DNA of 64,000 bases from Deltaproteobacteria bacterium (GTDB lineage: Bacteria; Myxococcota; Kuafuiibacteriia; Kuafuiibacteriales; Kuafuiibacteriaceae). Position 1 is the stretch's first letter, and the number at the start of each line of letters is the position of its first letter. The notes beneath the pieces were generated by a model. That model did no database searches and was not told the origin of the DNA. It saw only the letters and a list, made by a program, of their open reading frames with translations. Positions 41,040-48,800 of this stretch are shown one piece after another. The stretch lies in contig JAVJQW010000007.1 of the NCBI GenBank assembly GCA_040218735.1, positions 96,001 to 160,000 on the forward strand, in the 5' to 3' direction. The position numbers and the translations under genes were made by a program.

Positions 41040-41540
41040 GTGACCCCCCTCTTTCTCCTCGCGACGCTCGCCCTGACGGCCACCCCCGAGTCGCTCGTCT
41101 TCGTCGGCGACGCGTCGGTCGACATCGAGGGCATCTACGAGAAGGCGTTCACCAAGCAGCGGCTCGACGTCACGCTCACCAAGACCGACGACGGGTGGCT
41201 CGTCGCCTACGAAGGCAACGGCGTCGCCTGCCGCGTGAAGGCGACGGGGCCGCGCGACGCGATCGTGATCGCGCCGAAGCAGTCGTGCACCACGAAGGTG
41301 AACGATCGCGAGCACCGCGGAACCCTGGTCGCCTACGCGATCACCGGCACGCTGCGACGCGACGCCGACGGCAACGAGACCTTCGCGCTGTCCGCGCGCC
41401 TGCGCGCCGAGGACGCCTCGCGACACGTCCGGAAGGAGACGGTGCTCGGCACGATCGACACCTGGCTCCCGCTCGGCACACGCAGCGGGAGCGGGCGCTT
41501 CAAGGGAACACGTCCGCGCTCCGAGTCGTCGACCGATTGA
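41040..41540 (+). CDS. Hypothetical secreted protein
   Basis: Signal-like N-terminus, two Cys, beta-rich; fills the gap between Fpg and rffA. Confidence 0.55.
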   Translation: MTPLFLLATLALTATPESLVFVGDASVDIEGIYEKAFTKQRLDVTLTKTDDGWLVAYEGNGVACRVKATGPRDAIVIAPKQSCTTKVNDREHRGTLVAYAITGTLRRDADGNETFALSARLRAEDASRHVRKETVLGTIDTWLPLGTRSGSGRFKGTRPRSESSTD

Positions 41541-41542
41541 GC

Positions 41543-42667
41543 TCAGACGACGTCGAGCACGGCGGCGGCGATGGCGTCGACGGTGGCGTCGTCGATGCCG
41601 ACCCACAACGGGAGCCGGACGAGGCGCGCCGAGAGGTCGTCGGTGTGTTCGAGCGAGCCGCTGGTTCGACCGAAGCGTTTCCCGGCCGGCGAGGAGTGCA
41701 GGGGGACGTAGTGGAAGACGGCCATGTAGCCGTCGTCGCGCAGGCGCTTGATGACGTTCGTCCGCACGTCGAGCGACTCCGCGAGCACATAGTACATATG
41801 GGCGTTGTGCACGCGACCGTCCGGGATGATCGGCCGGCGCACGCGACCGTCCGCCTCCGCGGCGGCGAACGCGTCGTGGTAACGGCGCCAGATCTCCAGG
41901 CGTCGATCCGTGATCCCACGCGCCGACTCGAACTGCGCCCACAAAAACGCCGCGACGACCTCGCCGGGGAGGAACGAGGAGCCGACGTCGACCCACGTGT
42001 ACTTGTCGACGTCGCCGCGGAAGAACGCGCTGCGGTTGGTGCCCTTCTCCCAGACGATCTCCGCGCGCTCCGCGAGCTCCGCGTCGTTGATCAACAGCGC
42101 GCCGCCTTCACCCGAGATGATGTTCTTCGTCTCGTGAAAGGAGAGCGCGCCGAGCGAGCCCATCGTGCCGAGCGCGCGGCCTTCGTAGCTCGCGAGCGCG
42201 CCCTGGGCGGCGTCTTCGATCACCATGATCCCGCGCGCGTTCGCGATCTCGAGGATCGCGTTCATGTCGCAGCCGACGCCCGCGTAGTGCACGACGACGA
42301 TCGCCTTGGTGCGTTCGGTGATCGCGGCTTCGATCTTCGACGGGTCGACGTTCAAGCAGGACGGCTCGACGTCGACGAACACCGGGACCCCGCCGCGGAG
42401 CACGAACGCGTTCGCGGTGGACACGAACGTGTACGAGGGCATCACGACCTCGTCGCCGGGCTCGATGCCCGCGAGGATCGCGCACATCTCGAGCGCGGCG
42501 GTGCACGAGTGGGTGAGGAGCGCCTTGTGCGTGCCGGTCGTGTCCTCGAGCCACTTCTGGCAGCGCTTCGTGAACTGACCGTTGCCGGCCGTCTGCCCCG
42601 CTTGGATGGCCTCCTGGATGTACTGGAGCTCCAGGCCCGTCGCGTACGGTTTGTTGAACGGGATCAT
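41543..42667 (-). CDS. rffA: dTDP-4-amino-4,6-dideoxygalactose transaminase
   Basis: MIPFNKP, SCTAALEM, TFVSTANAF, EDAAQ, SFHETKN (PLP Lys), EKGTNR, VFHYVPLH. Confidence 0.93.
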   Translation of the reverse strand: MIPFNKPYATGLELQYIQEAIQAGQTAGNGQFTKRCQKWLEDTTGTHKALLTHSCTAALEMCAILAGIEPGDEVVMPSYTFVSTANAFVLRGGVPVFVDVEPSCLNVDPSKIEAAITERTKAIVVVHYAGVGCDMNAILEIANARGIMVIEDAAQGALASYEGRALGTMGSLGALSFHETKNIISGEGGALLINDAELAERAEIVWEKGTNRSAFFRGDVDKYTWVDVGSSFLPGEVVAAFLWAQFESARGITDRRLEIWRRYHDAFAAAEADGRVRRPIIPDGRVHNAHMYYVLAESLDVRTNVIKRLRDDGYMAVFHYVPLHSSPAGKRFGRTSGSLEHTDDLSARLVRLPLWVGIDDATVDAIAAAVLDVV

Positions 42668-42704
42668 CGGCCCCAACATATCCGGGGCCCGCGCGCCGGT
42701 CGAC

Positions 42705-45482
42705 TCAGGAGCCCATGATCTCGTCCATCAGGAGATCGCCGAGCATTCGCGGCAGCTTCTCGGTGTTCTCGACCACCATGCTGTGCTCGTACGTCGTCGG
42801 CACCTGCTGACAGCCGGCGCCGATCCCGATCCCGATGATCTTGATGTCGGTCTCCTGAGCGACGGTGCGCACGGCCTGGTTGTGGTTCGCGACCGCCGCG
42901 CCGTCGGAGAGGAAGATGACGATCTTCTGCTCGGCCGGGCTGTCCTCCAGCATCTGCCGCGCGGCGTCGAGCGCGGCCGTGTCGTTGTTGCCGCCACCGC
43001 CGCGGAGCTTCCCGAGCATCTGCTCGCGCTCCTCCTTGGACTTGTCCTCCTCGATGGGCTTCAGGACCGAGACGCCGCTGTTGTACATCACGACGCCGTT
43101 GCCAACGCCGATCTCGCCGAGCGACTCGAGGAACACCACGAACGCCTCGCGCGCGAACTCCATCTTGCTGTTCGCGCCGTTACCCATCGAGCCGGAGCAG
43201 TCGATGCAGAACACGACCTCGACGCTTCGCTCGCGCGGCTCGTCGCGCTTGAGGAAGATCCGCGGGTCGCCGCGCCCCGTCGCCTGCCGTCGGAACTCAC
43301 TCTGGATCGCCTTGCGGAGATCGTAGACGCCGCCGCGGAAGTGACCGATCAGCTCCGGGATGTCGTCGCGCTGGAAGAAGTTCGTCAGCTCGTCGACCAT
43401 CTCCTGGATCGCGCGTTTGTGTTTCTTGGCGATCTGGTCGTAGGCCGTGAGGTGCGTCCCGTCGTCGCGTCGGTTGCGGATCTTGTCGTCGTAGGTCTTG
43501 AGCAGCTCGTCGAGATCGACCTCGTCGTCCCCGTCGTAGCCGAGCTCGGGCGACGCGCCGGACGCGCCGGTCGTCTCCCACTCACGCTCCGTGACTTTCG
43601 GTCCACCGCTGCGGCCGACGTCCTGGTTGCCGACGTCGCCCGGGTCGTAACCCTCGCGGTCGAGCTCGGCGTCGTGGATCTTGCCGCCCATGTCGCGCGC
43701 GTCGCTCCGTAGCGACTTCGCGAGGGCCTCCTTCGCGGCCTTCGTCGCGGCGTCGTCGGTGTCCTGCACCTCGAGCGGGTTGTCGGGGATCGTGTCGACG
43801 TCGATCGGGTCCTTCCCGTCGGCCGCCATCCCGTGCTCGCCCGTGGGGCGCCCGCCGTTCGCGGCCTTCGAGCCCGCCTTGGCGTCGCCGTCGCTCGGCT
43901 CCGCCGTCCCGGAGCCGCCGCCGCCCGCACCCTCGGACGCCTCGGCGCCCTGCGCGTTGCCGTTGCCGCCGGCGCCTTGCGACTCGCCGCTCCCGTTGGC
44001 TTGCCCCTGGCCGCTGCCCTGTGCGCCGCTCGCGTCGTCGCCGCCCTGCGCGCCCTGCGCATCGCTGCCACCCTGCGCGCCGCCGGCGTCCTGCGCGTCA
44101 CCGGGCTGTTCGCCGCCCTGCGCGCCGCCGGCGTCGTCTGCGCCGTTGGCGTCGTCGCCGCCCTGTGCACCGTTGGCGTCCTGCGCGCCATTGGCGTCCT
44201 GCGCGTCGTCTGCACCGTTGGCGTCGTCGGCGTTCTGCGCGCCGTTCGCATCGTCGGCGTTCTGCGCATCTTCGGCGCCGTTGGCGTTCTGCGCGTCGTC
44301 GGCGCCGTTGGCGTTCTGCGCGTCTTCGGCTCCGTTCGCGTCTTCGGAGCCGTTGGCGTTCTGCGCGTCGTCGGCGCCGTTGGCGTCGTCGGCGTTCTGC
44401 GCGTCGTCTGCGCCGTTGGCGTTCTGCGCGTCGTCTGCGCCGTTGGCCTCGTCGCCGTCCTGCGCGCCCTTCGTGTCCTGCGCGCCGTTCGCGTCGTCGC
44501 CCTTCTTGTCGTCCGCGCCCTGCGACGCATCACCGCTGTCGCGAGAGGACTGCTCCTGCCCGGGCACGTCGGGCGAGGCCTGCTTCTGGGCGTCGAGCCC
44601 GTCCTGCACGTCCTGGTCGAGCAGGCGCTTGTAGATCGGCCAGATCTCGTCGCGGATCACCTCGAAGGAGTGCGCCGCTTCGACGTCCGCCTCCGTCCCG
44701 TCCAGCTCGTCGAACCGCAGGTCGATGTCCGGCGGCAATCGCGTCGCCTTGGCGATCGCGTCGCGCGCTTCGTCGAGCGCCGCGATCACGTCCGGGTCCT
44801 TCACCATCGGATCGCGATCGCCGCCGCTCGCCCACTCGTAGATCGCCGCGAACCCGAACTGCTTCGACTTCGGGACCGTCTTCCCCTGCGCCGCGAACTT
44901 GTCGTACTGCTCCTGCCGTTTCTCCAGATCCAAGAAGTCGCGGTACAGCTCCTTCATCATGATCGGGACGCCCGCGTAGCGCCGGCTGATGATCCGGTTG
45001 ATCCGGATGTCCTCGAGCGAGTTCCACAGGAAGTGGAACGCGGGGTTCTTGATCCGGTCGTCCTTCGGGAGCCGCGAGTACAGCCGGTGCGCGAGCTCGT
45101 GGCAGATCACGCCCATGTTGGAGCGATCGTTTCGCTTCAACATGTCCTTCACCGGGTACGTGATCTTGTTCGAGTCGAAGTGGTACGCCCACCAGCCGCC
45201 GGGCTCCAACTTCATCGAGAAGTCCTTGCCCAGCGTCCGCGCGAGCGTCGAGAGCCGGCGGTGCATCTGCTCCTGCCGACGGAAATCCAACGTCGGATCC
45301 CCGGCGACGCCGCCGTCCTCGTCGAGCTTCGGCACGACCGGGACGGTTCCGTGGAGTCGGCGCTCGAAGCCGCCCTTCACCCCCTGCATCCCCGTCGCGG
45401 CGCGCCGAACGTCGAGCACCGAAGTCCGCGCGTTGCCGAGGTTCACGCCGCGCGTAGGTCCCTTGCCGATCGTGACCATCAC
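42705..45482 (-). CDS. vWA/MIDAS protein with HExxH metallopeptidase-like domain and acidic repeat linker
   Basis: ICHELAH...NSLEDIRI; ~250-aa D/A/N/Q/G-rich linker; C-terminal VVFCIDCSGSM...GGGNND...IFLSDG...IIGIGIG; GTG start overlaps the upstream stop. Confidence 0.88.
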   Translation of the reverse strand: MMVTIGKGPTRGVNLGNARTSVLDVRRAATGMQGVKGGFERRLHGTVPVVPKLDEDGGVAGDPTLDFRRQEQMHRRLSTLARTLGKDFSMKLEPGGWWAYHFDSNKITYPVKDMLKRNDRSNMGVICHELAHRLYSRLPKDDRIKNPAFHFLWNSLEDIRINRIISRRYAGVPIMMKELYRDFLDLEKRQEQYDKFAAQGKTVPKSKQFGFAAIYEWASGGDRDPMVKDPDVIAALDEARDAIAKATRLPPDIDLRFDELDGTEADVEAAHSFEVIRDEIWPIYKRLLDQDVQDGLDAQKQASPDVPGQEQSSRDSGDASQGADDKKGDDANGAQDTKGAQDGDEANGADDAQNANGADDAQNADDANGADDAQNANGSEDANGAEDAQNANGADDAQNANGAEDAQNADDANGAQNADDANGADDAQDANGAQDANGAQGGDDANGADDAGGAQGGEQPGDAQDAGGAQGGSDAQGAQGGDDASGAQGSGQGQANGSGESQGAGGNGNAQGAEASEGAGGGGSGTAEPSDGDAKAGSKAANGGRPTGEHGMAADGKDPIDVDTIPDNPLEVQDTDDAATKAAKEALAKSLRSDARDMGGKIHDAELDREGYDPGDVGNQDVGRSGGPKVTEREWETTGASGASPELGYDGDDEVDLDELLKTYDDKIRNRRDDGTHLTAYDQIAKKHKRAIQEMVDELTNFFQRDDIPELIGHFRGGVYDLRKAIQSEFRRQATGRGDPRIFLKRDEPRERSVEVVFCIDCSGSMGNGANSKMEFAREAFVVFLESLGEIGVGNGVVMYNSGVSVLKPIEEDKSKEEREQMLGKLRGGGGNNDTAALDAARQMLEDSPAEQKIVIFLSDGAAVANHNQAVRTVAQETDIKIIGIGIGAGCQQVPTTYEHSMVVENTEKLPRMLGDLLMDEIMGS
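44020..44500 (-). repeat. Intragenic 27/18-nt tandem repeats encoding (ANGADDAQN/D)n
   Basis: Plus-strand unit gcgccgttggcgttctgcgcgtcgtc(t/g) recurs many times with variants. Confidence 0.9.
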
Positions 45483-45892
45483 TCGACCTCACTCGCCGGA
45501 GCGACCGTCGCGCCCTCGGCCGACATCACCATCGGGAACATGGACGCCACCGGCTCGTCCGGTCGCGCCGGCGCGAGCGCCACCACGCGGAGGTCGTCGC
45601 GCACCGTCCCGTCGACGAGCTGTCCCTCCAACACCTGGGACAGCACGCCGCGCGTCGCGTCGTCGACCGACGCGCCGAGCCACACGAGGAGCGTCGAATC
45701 CTCCGCGATGCGCTCGGACACCGCCTGGTCGAGGTCGGCCTCCGACAGCTCGTCCGTCCGCAGATCGAGTGGCCGAGCGCCGGGCAGGCCCGCGCGGAGC
45801 GCGCGGTGCACGGCCTCGTTCGCGCCGAAGATCAACACGGAGCTGCGGCTGCGCAGGATCGTGTCGAGGAGCGTGGAACCCGCCGTACTCAC
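45479..45892 (-). CDS. Small protein resembling a degenerate AAA+ P-loop core
   Basis: GTGA overlaps with both neighbours; SVLIFG, LLVWL, GVLSQVLEG...LRVVALA follow AAA strand order but without GKT or DE. Confidence 0.65.
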   Translation of the reverse strand: MSTAGSTLLDTILRSRSSVLIFGANEAVHRALRAGLPGARPLDLRTDELSEADLDQAVSERIAEDSTLLVWLGASVDDATRGVLSQVLEGQLVDGTVRDDLRVVALAPARPDEPVASMFPMVMSAEGATVAPASEVE

Positions 45893-48800
45893 TTCGCGAT
45901 CTCCTGTGCCTTCTCGAGGATGACGTCGTTGTCTTCGTGGTGGCTCGATGCTGCGTACGTCGCCTGCACCGCGAGCAGGTACGCCGTCGCCGGGCCGAGC
46001 TCGCCGGAGAACTCCGAGACGAGGTTCGTCGCGTTCATCAGCTGCCGCACGGAGTAGACGGGGCGGTCACGCTCGCGCATGTCCTTGCCGAGGGTCTCGT
46101 CCTCGTACGCCGACTGAATCCACATGTGCAGATCCACGAGCGTGTCGGTGATCGCCTCGCTCACGCCCTTCGCCTTCCCGAGGGCGCGCAGGATCTCCTT
46201 CTGCTCGTCCGCTTCGTCGAGGTCCGGGACCGCGATCATCGTGAAGCGGTTCTGCATCGCCTTGCTGAGCTTCGAGCGCCCGCCGTACTCCTTCGTCGGC
46301 GGGTTCATCGCCGCGATGAACCTGAACTGCGGGTGCAGGCGAACCTCCTCGCCCTCCTTCTCCGCGAGGACGATCTTACGTTCGTCGTCGAGCACGGAGT
46401 TGAGGCGCTCGAGGAGCGCCGGGTTCGCGAGGTTGAACTCGTCACCCACGAACACCCCCGGGACGTTCTCGGGGCGCGCCGCGTCGAGGAGGAGGCCGTC
46501 CTTCCAGCCCGTGTCGTCGTAGCCGCCGATCAGCTGCATGCCGTCCGTCGAACCCGAGAGCAGCTGCCGCTGGTACGGCTGTCCGCGGAGCATCGCGAAC
46601 ATCTTGGCCATCGCCGTCTTGCCGGACGCGCGCGCGCCGACCATCGCGACGTTCTCACCCATGTCGAGCGCCTTCGCGAGGCGGTACATGATCTGCGTCG
46701 TCCGCTTCGTCATCACCAGCCGCGCCGACTCACCCGGGACGAGCGCGTGCTCCGCGTTCACCTTCGCGAGCGTGACGTCGCCGATCGTGAACGTGTCCTT
46801 GTCCTCCTTCAGCTCGAGGTCCTCGTAGAAGTCCGGTCCGGTGTACGGCATCGCCGCGGTGAGGATGTCCTTCACCGTCTGCACGTCTTCGGGATCGAAC
46901 AACCCGCCGAGGTAGAGCTCCTCGACCTCACGACGCATCGCCGCTTCGTCCGAGAGCTCCCCACCGCTGTAACGCACGAACCGATCCGCCGCGCGGAACA
47001 GGTTGCGCAGCGTGAACGCCACGCCGCCGCTCTGGCGCCCGATCTCACCCTCGTCCGCGAGACGCGAGAGGTTGTCGTGCACCGCGACCAGCTTCGCCAT
47101 CTCCTCCGTGGGGAGCTTCGAGCCGTAGACCGTGCTCATGATCTGCGTGAGATCCGAGCGGGTGAGCCCGTGCGCGAAGACGTTGTTCCAGCGCGATCGC
47201 ATCGCGTCCGACAGACGCGCGCGCCCCGAGTACGACGCGGGGTTCATCGTCGCGAACAGCCGGAAGTTGTCGTCCGGCGCGATGACCTCGTTGTGGTGCT
47301 CGGTGAGGACCACGTTGCCGTCGTCGTCGAACAGCGAGTTCAGCCGCTCGAGCACCTCCGGTCGCGCGAGGTTCATCTCGTCGAGGAGAAGCACCTCGCC
47401 CTTCTTCATCGCGCGGATGACGGGACCGTCCACCCAACGCGGCTTGAGCTGCGCGGCGAGGATCTGATCCGAGGCGACTTCGCGCGAAGCACCTTCGGGC
47501 ACGCCGTACTCTTCGGACACCGCGGCGAGCTCGGCGTCGGACATCTTGTCGAGGTCCGGCTTGCTGTACCGGTTCTCACCGCCCACGTACTTACCGAGGA
47601 GGTCCGAGACATCCGTGAAGTACGACAGGTTGATCCGGCGGTACGGCGAGTTGGTCTTGTACGCGAGGTACCGAACCGCGGACGTCTTGCCGGAGCTCGT
47701 CGGACCCTCGAGGAGGACCGGGCGCTTCTGCCGCCACGCCGCGGCCATCAGCTTCAGGTTGAGCTGCGTGGTCCGCGTCATCACGAGATCCGAGTGCTGC
47801 TTGCGCGGCACTGCGCGCGTGTCGCGATCCGTACGCGAGTTCTCGGCGACCTCGACGCCGGCCACCGTCACCGTCTTCGTCCCCTCCGGGAACGGACGCT
47901 TCGCCTCGAACAACGCCGCGGCCACGCCGCCGAGCTCCTGGTCGGCCTGCGCGAGCGGGAGCACGTTGGCGAGGTCCGCCTGGTACAGCTGACCGAGCGC
48001 CGTCCGCGCGAGCGCTTCGACGTCCGCGAACTTGCCGCCGTCGAGGACACCCTCGACGAGCGCCTTGGCGGCGTCGTCCTTCTTCGCGACGCCGGCCTTG
48101 ATGTGCGCGGTCACCGCGCCCTCGACCTTCGAGAGCGCCTCGGGCGCGAGGAGCGCGACCGTCTCCGGACGCAGCGCAGCGCGGAGGTTTTCGAGGGCCC
48201 CCTCGTCGGCGTCGGCCTTCGCCTTCAGGAAGTCGATGATCGTCTTCCGCTTGGCGCTGCCTTCCTTCGCCGCGGCCGCCTCGTCGAGGAGCGCCTCGTA
48301 GAGGCCGACCGGATCGGCCTCTGCCGATGCGTCGTGGAGGGTCTCGAGGTCCTTGGTCGTCACCTCGCTCCCCGTGAGCGCCGCGCGGATCGGGAGGCTC
48401 GTGAAGTCCGCCTCGTCGCGGATGCTCAGGAACGGCGCGAGCGTCGTGCGGAGCTCCTCGCCGCTCATGCCCTGGAGCTTGCCGGCGACGTTCGCCCAGG
48501 CCTTCGCGCTGTCTTCGTCTACGCCTTCGCGCTCCAGGGCCGTCTGGATTCGGTCGGGGGAGATTCGCGTCGTCAGCGCCAACAGGATCGGACCGACGAC
48601 CACGTGCGGCCACGCGTCGAGCACGTTCTCTGCGATCGACAGCTGCGCCTCGATGTTCACGCCCGACATCGAGCCCGGCTCGAGCTTGCCGTCGGCGATG
48701 GCGTCGATGACGCGCGGGAGGAGCTCGGACAGCTCCGGTCGCTCGTCGTCCCACGCCAACATCCCCAGCACGGCGTTGCGACGCTGCGCGTGCGAGACGT

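Noticed and set aside
44020-44500. Possible CRISPR array
   Set aside because: Repeats are contiguous, in-frame multiples of 9 nt inside a CDS, with no unique spacers and no cas genes
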